64,000 nt of DNA, taken from NCBI GenBank assembly GCA_964016885.1, contig OZ024743.1, positions 116,746,001 to 116,810,000 on the forward strand, read 5' to 3'. Below are positions 1-13,052 of this stretch, piece by piece. The notes under the pieces were generated by a model, which searched no databases, had not been told where the DNA came from, and saw nothing but the letters and a program-made list of their open reading frames with translations. Source of the DNA: Eledone cirrhosa (lineage: Eukaryota). Numbering within the stretch: the first letter of the stretch is position 1; the number at the start of each line of letters is the position of its first letter. The translations under genes were made by a program, and so were the position numbers.

Positions 1-1403
1 ATGCTCCCACCAATTCTTTTGATGGGGAAGGTCAAAATGCTTACACATTATCCAATGTATGTATTGTGCAACTCTGTCATGCCTGTTTAGGTATTCGGTT
101 GGAGCTATAGGACTGCACATTGAAATTATATGGTCAATGGTCTCTGTTTTTTTTTGCATACACGGCATAATGGGCTGCACCCATTTTTTATTATGTTGGC
201 TTGGTAATTTTTTGTTGGCAGACACTGATCTTGTGCCGATATAATCAGTCCTTCAGTGTCCGATTTCAGTCCAGAGGATGCCAACCACTGATGGGTTAAA
301 GTTTTGTCAACATCAGGATTGTTAGCTCGCTCTGGGTATTTTCCATACAGAGGCTTTTCTTGCCATTTCTTAGCCAGTTTCTGTAGTAGTTCTTTCTTTG
401 CAGTTACTTTTACCTGCTTTGCTTTTTCTGTGTTTTCCATTTCAGCAGTAAATGGGACTTCTGAAATTTGTAGTCCATTACTGTATCTTTGTGCATCTTT
501 TGTAATGGAATATGATCTTTTGATGCATTCGTGTTTCAAAACGAGTTTGATCATCCAATCATATGATTCCCTTAGATATGTAGATAATCCAATTGTTGCA
601 GTTTTCAACGCAATGTCTAACTGGATTAACCCACGTCCTCCTTCTTTCCTAGGGAGATATATTCTATCTATATCTGCTTTAGGGTGATGCATTCTGTGCA
701 TGGTTAAGAATATTCGAATTTTTGTATCGAGCCTACGGATCTCTGTGCTTGACCAGTTGATGACATTGTAACTGTAGGTTACTACTGGTATGGCAAGCGT
801 GTTTATGGCATCGATCCTATTCCTTGCATTCAATTCCGTTCTTAAGATTGCTCTTACTCTGCGGTAACATTCCTTCCTTATCCTTTCCCTCATTGTCGAG
901 TGCTTGATTCCGTCTCCTTCACAAACACCTAGATATTTGTAAGTTTTTTCTTGATCAAGTTCTCTTATCACGTTCCCCCGATCAAGATTAATGTCTGAAC
1001 TCTTCAGCAGCTTTCCTCTGGTGAACGTTGCTTTGGCGCATTTATCTAGTCCAAACTCCATTTTAATGTCATCACTGAACTGCTTCACAGTGGATAATAG
1101 CTCTTGCAATTGTTCATCATTTTTTGCAAATAGTTTCAGGTCATCCATGTAGAACAGGTGATTAATGGTTTTGTCATAGACTTTATATCCATGTTTTGTT
1201 TCATTGAGCATTTTACCTAATGGTATAAGTGCGATGCAGAATAAAAGCGGTGATAAAGAGTCACCCTGAAAAATTCCACAATTAATATTAACTTCTCCAG
1301 CTTCCAGTGATTTTGTTTCACTATTCAAAAGGAGTGTCGTTTTCCATATCTTCATACTGAATGACAAAAACCTCTTGACAACGGGGGATATTTTGAAAAT
1401 CTC
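1..1403 (-). mobile_element. 5'-truncated R4/Dong-type non-LTR retrotransposon (RT, running into zinc knuckle at window edge)
   Basis: ORF 126..1367(-) has GIFQGDSLSPLLF, HLFYMDDLKLFA, YKYLG, RIYLPRKEGGRGL and CRVC; frameshift at the T run near 148-156; 5' end abuts (TAA)n. Confidence 0.9.
126..1367 (-). pseudogene. Non-LTR reverse transcriptase fragment (413 aa)
   Basis: RT motifs QGDSLSP and YMDD in the supplied translation. Confidence 0.9.
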
Positions 1404-1441
<38 letters not shown>

Positions 1442-1456
1442 ATTATTATTATTATT
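1404..1456. repeat. (TTA/TAA)n microsatellite
   Basis: Direct reading. Confidence 0.95.
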
Positions 1457-1683
1457 AGGGCGCTGGATTGGCAGAGTCGGTAGAATGTCGGATAATATGC
1501 TTTCCGGCATAGATATGCGGCCCTGTGTGATATGTGTCCAATTCCCGCCAAGATTAGTTTTGCCTATCAACCTTATGGGATCGATAAAAAAAAAGCATCA
1601 GTAATTTACTGGAGTCGATTTAATCGACTTCCCCTTCACTTTCAAATTAGTGGCCTTGTGTCTAAAGTAGAAACAATTATTAT
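1457..1683 (+). mobile_element. tRNA-derived SINE family A
   Basis: Head ggattggcagagtcggtaga, core tttgcctatcaaccttatgggatcgataaaa, tail ggccttgtgtctaaagtagaaacaatta; matches 62638-62828. Confidence 0.85.
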
Positions 1684-2300
1684 CGTTGCATCGCATCGCT
1701 GTTTGTGCGTCTTGGGTATGTGCAATATTGTTTTTTGCTATTAATATTTCTATTATATTGATAGTATTCTTTCTTATATGTGTGCCGTGCCTAATAGTTC
1801 CACGTTCTGCATTTTGTACTATTTGTAGGTCTTGAAATTTTGGTTATGTATTCGGTTGCCTTTTTATCTTTCACAGAGCACATAATTATAAGGGTTGTTT
1901 CTGATATCATCATCCTCATTCTGATTATTTCTAACTCCAGTTCTTTATATTTGAATAATTCTCTTCCTCCTTGATAGATATATTGTCGTCTGTGCAGATT
2001 TATAATTCAATTAGAAGGCATTTCTATTCGGTTGTCTTCGAATATAACACAGAGTCGGTTGGCTGTGATCTCCGGGTTTGTGTATCGGTATATCCCAGTG
2101 TATGGTTGCTTTGACATTCTCTGACACATTTTCTAGTGAATGTTCATACGACCTTTTTTTCTTTTGGTATTTTGTAGTGTTGGCCTAACTCTCTATACAA
2201 CAAATCCCACTTTTTACAAATCGTTGGGTATATTCTTTTACTTTTCTTTTTCGCTAAATCAGGGCAGCCGTTCAAGCGAAACCTATGCTCTGTAATGTTT
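1684..2300 (-). mobile_element. Degenerate 3' end (RLE endonuclease region) of a second R4/Dong-type LINE
   Basis: Hand translation of minus strand gives relics ATIHWDIPI, KYKELELEI and QNVELLGTAHI with many stops and frameshifts. Confidence 0.7.
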
Positions 2301-2635
2301 CCGTTTGACAAACAGAGAATGATGAAATACGAACTGGCATGTATATGCTTTACTTAATCCATGAAAACTTTGGTCCAACATAGCTGCAGTTCAATGACAA
2401 AACCCTGTAATGGAATAAAAGAGCAAAAGATGTATATCGTGTGTATTCGATTCTTCTTCACGCAGAAGATATATGTATATATCACAGTTTTGCAATATGT
2501 TTCTTTTTTTTTTTATTAAATGTGTTTACTGAACGCATAAAGCAGCCCTAGTGGAAAGTGAATGAAATTACTACTCTACTCTCTCTCTCTCTCTCTATCT
2601 CTCTCTCACTCTCTTTATATATATATATGTGTATA

Positions 2636-2860
2636 TGGTGGTGGATTGTCATCATCGTTAGAATGTAAGACAAGCTTTGCGGCATATAGTTATGGCCAAC
2701 TTTATGTTCTGAGTTAAAATCCCTTCACGGTTAGTTTTACCTTTCATCCATGAGGGGCGGGGGTGATAAAATAAAGTACCAGTCATGTACTGGAGTCAAT
2801 TTAATCGGGTTTCTCATACCCCTCGAACTGCTGACTTTGTAACAAATCTAAAAACAATTA
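2636..2860 (+). mobile_element. SINE family A
   Basis: ggtggtggattg head, ttctgagttaaaatccc B-box region, cctttcatcc...gataaaataaagtaccag core, aaacaatta tail. Confidence 0.8.
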
Positions 2861-3395
2861 TACATGTAACATAAACGCAGCGTGCATTTAATTTACCACG
2901 ATGTAAGTGCTTGCCTATTTTAAAAGGTCATCCCGATCGATATGAAATAAAATAAATTAGAAATTAATATAAGTGCCAACATTCTAATACCTGTAAATTG
3001 TTGATAAGAAATTGAAATAGATGGATGTAGTTAAGAAAATGCTATTGAAAACAATGTGTGTTATTCATTCGTTGTTCTACTTCAGATAAAAAATTGAAAT
3101 GCTTATAAGCAGTATATAAACAAAACAGTCACCTCATTTGTAATTGTTAGTGAAGAAGCCATCGTACATATTTGCAAAATGTGCCTTTGACACACTACTT
3201 TCCTGAACTATATGGTCTGAATTCCCGTTTCGTTTTTATCTCTATTTTCTCTTTAATCAATATTTCTACTTTCACCAAAAGCATTGGGCACTTATTGTTG
3301 AAATCTACTTTACAATCAGATATATACGCTGCAAATTGTGAATCCTGTTTCAATTCTAATCTATCTAATCTATATAATAGTTTCTAATTTAGACA

Positions 3396-3545
3396 TGGCA
3401 GCGAATTGGCAAAATTGGATAGAATTATATACCATATATATTCCGGCTCTGCGATCTGTGTTCAAAACCTGCTGACGTCAACTTTGACTTTTTACATTCC
3501 AATGTAGATAAAGAGGTACCAGTCCAGTACTGGGGGTCGATAATT
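3396..3545 (+). mobile_element. SINE family A, partial and degenerate
   Basis: ggcagcgaattggc head, gttcaaaacc, gtcaactttgac, gtaccagt. Confidence 0.6.
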
Positions 3546-3724
3546 CCTCTATATCTCTTTCTCACTTGCTCTCTATTACTCTCTCTCCTTCCCTGGGAAA
3601 AAAAATCGGCGTTGTTCAGACCTGAAACAGGGATGGGTTCCGCTAGTTTTAAAATGCCCAAAACATGTAGTATGTCACCATAGATGAACTACGACTTGAT
3701 CAGAGATACGAATCCATTCATCTA

Positions 3725-3932
3725 AGTAAGGCACAATGGCAACTGTATTCGGGGAGGAAAAGGGGATTAAATCGACTCCAATACTTAACAGCTGCATATT
3801 ATTATTTACCCCGGAAGGAAGAAAGGCGAAGTTGACATCGATAGGATTTGAACTCAGAAAGTAATGAGGTGGAAGATATTTCTGCAAAGCATTTTGACCG
3901 TTGAATTAAAGATTCTGCCAATCTACCGCCCC
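3725..3932 (-). mobile_element. SINE family A, degenerate
   Basis: gaaaggcgaagttgac, ggatttgaactcagaa and tgccaatctaccgccc are reverse complements of family A motifs. Confidence 0.7.
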
Positions 3933-4736
3933 CTATGTACTCCATATAATATTCGGTATGTGTTCGTTTCTCTACTGGTCTGTCTGCCAGATTCAACAAC
4001 ATATAAAACGGAGAAAGACTGTGTGTGAGAGAGAAATAGAGAGAAAGCTAGATGGAGCAAGAGAATCACAATATAATTTGGAAGAAGGTATTCTACTCGG
4101 TCAAGTTATAGATAAATAATAATTGCATGCTGCCACGTATACACACAATCACATATACACCCACACACACCCATGTAATTGTCATCTGCTAACAAAACTT
4201 AACCATGGGAACCATGGTAAATTTCAACATTGAATACGTGACTGATATATTTCTATAATCTATAACAAAGAAATTATTATATATATATTTTTCTGGTATC
4301 GTCTGCGTATTTAATAACTCTGGAACGAAATGGAAAATTATACGTAATACAAAAACAAAATTATATTATTCGTAAGATGATTGACTGATGAAGTATGGAA
4401 CGAAATCGAAGATACAATCAATTATAGATGCAACTTATTTATATTATTTGTAAGATATTTATCTGGGAAATAAACATTTTGAATTAAATGAAATATGCAG
4501 ATGTGTGTATATTTGATTTTCCTTTTCTTTTAGTATGTCAGCTATTGAACATCGGATAATGGAATGTGGGTCAAACTATATAAATTGTTAGCAAACAGAA
4601 AAATAAGAATGTAGTACCATCTATCATGATTTCATAAAGTTTTACAAATATTTATATATGCATATATATATATATATATATATATATGGATGTGTGTGTG
4701 TGTGTGTGTGTGTGTGCGTGCGTGCGTGTGCAGTTT

Positions 4737-4905
4737 ATTGTAGTTAGTAGACTCAACACGTTTCCGTTACTACCATTCGTTTCCAATCGTGTATGTGGCT
4801 TAAATTGTCCGATTGTACTTCCACCTGCGTGATTGCCAGGCAACCATAGTAGTCTGAAAGCAATGGTAGCAGCGGAAACGTAGTAAGATACTAACTACAA
4901 TATAT
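4737..4905. repeat. Diverged inverted repeat with hammerhead-like relic
   Basis: Reverse complement of 4737-4790 (aatggtagtaacggaaacgtgttgagtctactaactacaata) matches 4855-4905 (aatggtagcagcggaaacgtagtaagatactaactacaata). Confidence 0.6.
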
Positions 4906-4970
4906 TAGCTCTGTAGTTTGCATAGAGCACTCTGTCTGTTTCCTTTATTTGTTCGACGGAACCATTCAAC

Positions 4971-5029
<59 letters not shown>

Positions 5030-6130
5030 ATGCCAACCTGGATTTGTCAATTTTGTGGGCTTCCTTGGCTTTAATTATTATATTTATTATATGTATGTAT
5101 ATATGTATATGTATGTATATATATTTATATATGTATTTTGAAGCAGTTGAAGTAAAAAGAAAAAAGAAATATCACATGACATATTTCATTTCATCGCTTT
5201 GGAGGGTTTTTCTTTGTACCAATGATTTAGGGATACATTTTTGTATGACATGGGAGTGGTGTGTTTAAGCCTGTGGCCTAATTTTTATAATGTAGTCGGT
5301 AAATATGTCGATATAAGGTTGTTTGAAACCGATTTATCCTTTTGTAAACAGAAGCTCATTTTTTAAAGGAAATATAGAATTCTAAACAGTGATAGACAAC
5401 GAATAGCAAAGAAAAAGAATTAAAACCAAGAAACGATTTGTACGAGGTCATTCACTTAAGTGATGACTAAAAGAAAATCACATATCAGAATATTTGATAC
5501 CGTATTTTAAAGCAGTAATCTAATACAAATTTTTGAAGATTAGATATAAATTTGAACACATGTGATGGACAACTTGAATGGCTGCTCCAAGTGGTGAAAC
5601 ATGCACAAGATATTTGATAAATGATATTGAATTTTAAATGATATTCGTAAGCGTTGCAAAACAAAAAAAAAAATTATGGTATTTAGAGGAGCAGAGCATA
5701 ATTTAGCCCTTTAGAATAGGGTCGAGAATTGAGGAAATTGCAATATGATATAAAATGACTGATGTATGATGGATAGAACCACATGGAGAGATATATCACA
5801 GCACTGGATGATTGGATAACTTTCATAAACTTTTTTTTTTCGTTTGTTTTGTTTGAGGATTCAGCCAGATCATTTGGAGATTATTGCTATTGATTAGACC
5901 ACCACCTGGAAGGCGTGTCTAAGATTCTGCTCGAACGGCTCTCTCAAGAGGTTAGAGAAAACTGTATGAATAACCCTATTTCATATTTACCATTAGAATA
6001 ATCATCTTGATATGATCAATATCTGTATGTGTGCTGTCTGGCCGTCAATCACGCAAACTATATAGAGACAGGGAAATACAATTCCACTTCTCACTCACTC
6101 CACCCACTCTCTAACTAACCAAAGCGTAGC

Positions 6131-6330
6131 NNNNNNNNNNNNNNNNNNNNNNNNNNNNNNNNNNNNNNNNNNNNNNNNNNNNNNNNNNNNNNNNNNNNNN
6201 NNNNNNNNNNNNNNNNNNNNNNNNNNNNNNNNNNNNNNNNNNNNNNNNNNNNNNNNNNNNNNNNNNNNNNNNNNNNNNNNNNNNNNNNNNNNNNNNNNNN
6301 NNNNNNNNNNNNNNNNNNNNNNNNNNNNNN
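6131..6330. other. Assembly gap (200 N)
   Basis: Run of N. Confidence 1.
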
Positions 6331-6699
6331 AAAGACTATAACATTTGTCAGGCACACTTATATGTATATGATACGCATAGTTATTTTTGTGGTTATTTTT
6401 GTGGTTGTTTGTGTGTGTGTGTGTGTATGTGTATTTTACGGGCAGAAATCAATTTGCTTCTGAAAGGTAGTGGATGAACATCGGTAGAGTCTCGGTCAGT
6501 TGACTTTTCCTATCACTTTTCATCAATCAATCAAATGAACTACGTGTAAAGTACTGGAGTCGGTACCTATATATCTATAATCTTATTAGTCATGTCTATG
6601 TATGTTAGAACCATCTGCGTATGGTAGAAATCCCTGTTCTATTATTCCAGGCTTTGTCCATAATTACATTTCTCATGATAAATGTTTAATCAAAAGCTT

Positions 6700-7000
6700 T
6701 CGAATAATGCTTCTCAACTTTACATTGCTACCGTTATTTCTCAATTTGACATTTCTGGAGTTGTTTCAGTTTTCTTCTCAATTTGATATCGTTTCCGTTG
6801 CTTCTGGCATTGAAATTTTGTCTAGACTTGACATTGCTGAGGGTGCTTCTTTCATTAAGGATAGTTCTCAATTTGCCATTGTTATCGTTGTTGCTCGAAA
6901 TTGATTTACAACTCAACATTTCATTTGTTGTTCATGACTTACAGTTGCTTCACAATTTGACATTACAGGGGTTCCTTCTGGTATTTAAAGTTGCTTCTTA
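6700..7000 (-). repeat. Degenerate ~27-bp minisatellite
   Basis: Recurring minus-strand unit resembling agaagcaacggtagcaatgtcaaattg. Confidence 0.5.
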
Positions 7001-7123
7001 ATTAATATTTTTTAGAGCCTATAGCATTAAATTGTTATAATCCTTTGAATCTTATTTTCAACTGGAAGTATTTAATCATTAACAATTGAATATATTTTTC
7101 TCTACAAATATTCATTTACTTGC

Positions 7124-7825
7124 TACAGTTATTTCGAAGCTAAATTTTAATTCTATTTTAAGTTGGGCCAACTTATATGGCTTCGTATGCAAATGAGGCT
7201 AATCAGCCCACCTACAAAGGCGAAAATACTATATATTTCAGCGAAATATACAAAGGCGAAAATACAGCAGTACGTAAGCGGAAGCATAGTCTTGCCCATT
7301 ATCTTCGAAATACATAAACAATTATCCTCCACTGCTTCTGCTGGAATCGGCTAAACGGTGCTAGCCGTCTGCCTTCTATTCACAGCTGGGCTTTCAAAAT
7401 ATCTATTTATTAAGCATACCGTATATCTTTAGATATACGAAATTCACAGAAATGTATGTATACAGTTATGTTGAAGCTAACTTGTTTTCTGTTTTATGTT
7501 GAGCCAGCTTATACAGCTTCGTCTGCAAATGAGGTTAATCAGCCCACCTAAAAAGGCGAAAAACTATATATTTTTGCCTGTCTCAAAAATTCCAGCAGTA
7601 AGCCAGAGGAAGTCTTGTCTTGATGAGAACCATTAGGTTCGAAATTCATAGACAATTATCCTTTCCTGCTTCTGCTGGAATCTGCTAGACGGCGCTGGCC
7701 TTCTAAAAATAGTTGAACTTTCAAAATGTTTATTTATTAAACATACCGTACTACTTTGGATATATGAAATTCACATATATATATGTATACAGCTATGTCG
7801 AAGCTAAATTTTAATTTAATTTATT
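7124..7825 (+). mobile_element. Two tandem ~330-bp units of an HHR-bearing repeat family (family O)
   Basis: tacagYtat..gaagctaa at 7124, 7461 and 7788; tgcaaatgagg at ~7188 and ~7524; related copies at 43705-44425 and 45410-45700. Confidence 0.75.
7615..7655 (+). ncRNA. Minimal type I hammerhead ribozyme (U3 variant)
   Basis: TTGTC-TTGATGA-GAACC atta GGTTC-GAAA-TTCA-TA-GACAA; stems I and II are perfect. Confidence 0.7.
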
Positions 7826-8405
7826 GCTGCGACCTTCCTTCTATTGTCTCTAACTCGCTTGTTGTTATTACATTTTTCCTTCCTCTTTTCTCCCTCTTTC
7901 TTTCTCTCTCCCCCTCTCTCTCTCTCCCACCTCCATCACCTCCCTCCTCTCTCTGCTTCCTTTCTACTTCCATTTTCTATCGTCTTCCTCTTTACGCCTA
8001 TTCTCACCAAGATCAGACCTGTTTCTCTTCGCACTCTGTCTCTCTTTCTGTTAAGAATGTGCCAGGGCTTACACCCGGCCATATTTTTTAACTTCTTCCC
8101 CTCTCTTCCCTTGGGTACTGCTACATACATGTGCTTCTGCCTCGTGTTTCCCCCTCGCTATCGGTATGTTTTCTGGGTTTTTTCATCTGTTTATTTTCCC
8201 TCTCTTCGCTATCGTCTCTTTGTCTTCCCACCCTAATAACTTCCCGAAGTTTTAGACGCGCTGTGGATAGATGTATTGTCTTTAATACGAGAAACACAGC
8301 ATCTCACTGATGAGGGGAATTGTCCTTTGTTTGTGTTTTCCTTACATTTCTAAACACTCTTTATTAGTAACCACACAGCACATTGTCCCTTTTAATTCTT
8401 ATTAT
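7826..8405 (+). repeat. CT-rich non-coding element between microsatellites, probable retroelement 3' tail
   Basis: Pyrimidine-rich body ending gtctttaatacgagaaac...tcactgatgagg, paralleling 20900-20985. Confidence 0.35.
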
Positions 8406-8455
8406 ACATACATACGTACATACATACTTACACACATACATACATAATATATATA

Positions 8456-11400
8456 CAAGGGCGACCGTTGTGGTTAGTGTCCGATAATCGGACGTGTGTA
8501 ATTGCGGCTTACATGAAGGCAACATACAATATTGGAAAAGGTTGAGCTGCATTACGCGGTAAGATTACATACAATAATTCTACATAAGTGTTTGAACTCT
8601 AAGTGTGTTGTAAAACACCTATTTATATGAACGATACATTCACTTATAATATATGAACGATACATACACTTTAACATAAATGAAACGTTGTTATATTACA
8701 TTTATAAAGAAATATACTAAGTAACGGTTCTTTTTGTTCTCGATTCAAACGATTCAAGAACAACGTTTAAAACACAGTTGTAAAATTAAAAACTAACTGA
8801 AAAGAAATATTACCCAAGCTGTGAATAACTTTAAATTTGATTCTGACAGAACTTTGTCGACACTTTTAAAGAAGATCATCGACTATTTTGAAAAATAAAT
8901 ACGAAATATTAGTGAATAGACGAACTCATCATGGCAAAACGTACCAGTCTCCTTCGACCAAATCGCAACTACAACCGTTGTATATAGAGGAGCTACGAGC
9001 TTAACAAAGAATTATATGAAGCATAAAAACAATCTGAACCCCAAAAGTTCGGTTTTATGCAAAGGATTAAAACTTTATGGAACTCCAAACACCCAGAATT
9101 AGACTTTTCTCCAAAGCATTTACATGAACAGGAAACACGTATCATTAGATGTAAATTGATACATCTAACGGAATTGAGTGATACTACAAATACAGCCCTT
9201 GCAGACAACCACCCCACCTACACTGACAGACAAAGAGAATGGCCAGCTAAATCTAACAGTGAACAGCTCACCAACAATTTTGCTGAAATCCATCCCACTT
9301 CCACTGAAGAACAGCGAGAATGGTCAGCTAACTCTAGTAGTAATTGTCACCACATAAACAACGAGGCTGAAATTCATGACTCTACTGTACAAACAGAACA
9401 TCAAAAATTTATGGACACCTTACAAGTGATATGGGACGATATGTTTCAAGAGATACACAGCCTTAATGTGAGTGACAGACCATACAACACCAGAATCAGT
9501 AAAGAACCCACTAAATTGGAATTGGAAGCGGTGAACGAAATAGCTGGCAATTATCTGAAGGCTATACGATCTAAAGGTGTAGAAACAACATTTGAAACGC
9601 TTAATATTTTGTTATATGTTTCAGCTGTCACATTGCTATCATATAACACACATCTAAAACCACGCAATCAAGATACAAACAAAAAGCCTGAACCAGCGTG
9701 GATGCGAAATTTAAAAAGCAAAATGTTGTCCCTGAGACGAAGTATCTCACACATCGCAGTCGTTATGAAATTCAACATAGAGAGCAACTTCACACGACAC
9801 AAGGAAGACCTAAAAACAAGTTAGAGAGACGATTTGGAGATACAAAATTTAAAAATTTGAACTCCAAATTACACCAGCTGAAACAGCAACTCACAACTAC
9901 AACAGAAAGACTAAAATATAAGTCAACAGCACATAAACGACAAGTGCTAAATAGATTGTTTGCCAGAGATCCTAAATCAGTTTATCGCAGCTTCGGTGGC
10001 AAAAGCTCAATCCCTGTAAATGACACCCCTTCAAAATAACAGGTTGAGAGCTACTGGAGATCTGTATGGGAAATGGATGACGGATTCAACAGACAAACTA
10101 ATTGGCTAAAAAAACTGGAACAGGATTACTGCCAACATGTCCAGACAAAACAATATGACATAGATGGGTCAATACTGGAAACAGCTCTACAGAAAATGTC
10201 GAATAGGAAATCACCAGGCCCAGACCTCATTACAGGATACTGGTTGAAGAATTTTACTTTCAATCGGCAAGATCGCATACGGCTGTTTACAGAAACCATT
10301 AAAGGCACACAAGAACTGCCCAGATGGTTATCAACTGCCACTACTCTCCTCATTCCCCAAAATCGCCAAACCACCCTTGCTAAAAATTACCGCCCAATAG
10401 CCTGCCAAAACATCATGTATAAATTATATACTGGGTGCCTTAACCTGTTCTTACAGGATCACTGTGCTACCAACAACAACATAACACCTGAGCAAGATGG
10501 TGGAAAGTGGAAGGTGTGGGGTTGCATAGATCATCTACTAACTAATAAAATGATTCAGGAAAAAACAACAAAGAATCGCAGAAACATGACTGTGGTGTGG
10601 CTGGACTATCAAAAAGCATATGATAGTGTAACTCATGGATGGATTATTAAGGCTTTACAGTTAGCCAAAGTCCCACAACCATTGGTAGCTGCTGTTGAAC
10701 GCCTCACCAAGAACTGGTACACCAATTTGATCCTTAGAGGTGAGAAGGAGCAAGTTAAGACTGATGAGATACATTACCAGAAGGGCATATTTCAGGGTGA
10801 TAGCTTGTCATTGCTACTCTTCGTTCTCTCACTAAATCCACTATCTTACCTACTAAGCAAAGAAGGTGGACAAAGAAGTGGGTCCAGAAGGATCTCCCAT
10901 CTTTTCTTTGTTGATGACCTGAAGTTGTATGGGCCAAATATCAATGACATCAAGAAACAATTGGACCTCATTACACAATTTTCAACACACATCAAAATGA
11001 AATTTGGTGAGTCCAAGTGTGCATATTTGGCAGTAAAGCGTGGAAGAGCTGTGCCCTCCTCTAGAAATCTAGAGATGAAAGGCCTGACAATACAACCTCT
11101 ACAGTCAGGTGACAGCTACAGATATCTTGGACAGGATGGGAATATCAGATATGATAGACACATAAATAAAGGGAGAATCAGAACTGAATACTTCAGAAGA
11201 GTAAAGAAAATATTGTCATCAGAACTGTCAGCGCACAACAAATACATTGCCCACAATACTTATGCTGTGCCAATTCTAACGCCAACATTTGGCTTACTGT
11301 ACTGGTCATTGCAAGAACTAAGTGAGATGGATATTAGAACTCGCAAACTTCTCAGTGTTACTGGGAACTTTAACATCAATGGTGATGTGGATTGGCTATA

Positions 11401-12525
11401 CTTCTGACGCAAGGAAGGTGGCCGGGGTCTAAAATCTATATTAACAACATATGAGACCCGGATAGTAACACTGAAGCAACACCTTCAACAGAGCAAAAAG
11501 GTAGGCAACCATCTTGCCCAGGTTTATGAGCATGAAAACAAAAATATCATTAGAATAGCGACTGATCTGGAGGAGAGATATGGAATAAAGCCTGATATAA
11601 ATCTCTCACCCAGAGAAATCGGAAGATCCTATTCAATGTTCAAACAAGATGAAAAAATTGACCAATTTACAGAAAAGGTTGTGCATGGATACTTGAGACG
11701 TAAAACACAGACCATAGAGGGGATAAACCACTCAAAAAGCCTGGCATGGAGTTCCGACAAGTTTATGACATCACACCTTGAAGGATATCTCTATGCAATA
11801 CAGGAACAAGAACTCACTACCAAATATCTGCTGCACAAAATGGGAGGGCCAGCAGCTACAGCTAACAATAAATGTAGTCTATGTAAAACAAAGATCGAGG
11901 ATGTAAGCCACATTGTTGCCAGCTGCGAAAGAATGTCATCTCGCTACTACCTCCCCATGAGACACGATGAGATAGCTAGAACCATCTGGAACGCACTTCG
12001 GAAAACAAAATTAACAACAAACGAGAAAGAATATATTGAGACAGATGGCACTAAGGAATACTGGTGGAACCTGAAAATAAAAACTGCCACCAAATTAAAG
12101 CACAACCGGCCTGATATTGTTGTTTGGGACCACACATTGAAAACCTGTTCTGTTGTGGAGATCAGCGGCCCACTTGATGTAAACGTTGTCAGAAAAATAC
12201 TGGAGAAGGAGGACATCTACGGACCATTGATGAGGAGTTTACAAATGCAGCATCCAAGATACACCTTTAGCTTCATACCCATCATTATTGGAGCTATGGG
12301 TTATATACGAACCCGCTTGGACCAAAGTATGACTGAACTTGGATTTGCGGACAAAAGGCGCAGCTCCCTAATTCATAGTCTACAAATGGCTGCGATAGCT
12401 GGCACCTTCAAAATGTGTAAAACATTCTTGCAATTCAAGGGATGACAATTTCTTTTCTTTTACAACCTTGCCACCAGGACGGTGGCCGGTCAAAAAAATA
12501 TACTCGAAATTAAGAGAAAGAGATA

Positions 12526-12528
<3 letters not shown>
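8456..12528 (+). mobile_element. Near full-length R4/Dong-type RLE LINE inserted in (TA)n/(TACA)n
   Basis: One disrupted ORF 8931-12445, short 3' UTR ending in (TA)n; the 5' UTR boundary is uncertain. Confidence 0.85.
8931..12445 (+). pseudogene. RT - CCHC zinc knuckle - restriction-like endonuclease polyprotein, disrupted
   Basis: KSPGPD, NYRPIAC, WLDYQKAYDSV, GIFQGDSLS, FFVDDLKLY, CSLC...HIVASC, RHDEI, HNRPDIVVWD...VVEI; in-frame stops (e.g. 10039, 11407) and a frameshift near 9800. Confidence 0.92.
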
Positions 12529-12612
<84 letters not shown>

Positions 12613-12666
12613 ATACTTGGGGCGGGTCATATTTGCGTAATATTGCCAGAATTAATTCATCGCCGC

Positions 12667-12723
<57 letters not shown>

Positions 12724-12803
12724 GTATGTATAACTTTGATAACTTTGAAATGTTTCGGCCAGTATTGGTCCAGGCGATGTCTAACTTAATATCACCACCT
12801 GGC

Positions 12804-12842
<39 letters not shown>

Positions 12843-12919
12843 ATCTATCTTTCTATCTATACACACACACATATATATATGTACGCGCGCACACACACGC
12901 ACACAGGTGTGAGTGTGTG

Positions 12920-13052
12920 AGGGTGTTCTACACAGCCTCTGTATCCCGTATTTCACTCACAACACACTGGTCAAGCTATGGATATAATAAAAGAGACTTC
13001 TCCAACGCTCCTTGTTTGCGAAGCGAACTCTTTAACCACACAGGCACGCCTG
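12920..13052 (-). mobile_element. SINE family B (octopus OK/OR-like), partial
   Basis: Reverse complement aggcgtgcctgtgtggttaaagagttcgcttcgcaa...gtgagtgaaat; related to 14750-15060. Confidence 0.55.

Noticed and set aside
4384-4410. CTGATGA...GAAA hammerhead-like spacing
   Set aside because: Stem II is only 2 bp and there is no valid cleavage triplet or stem I
12745-12775. Stem plus GAAAC on the minus strand between TA tracts
   Set aside because: Catalytic core absent; too short to call
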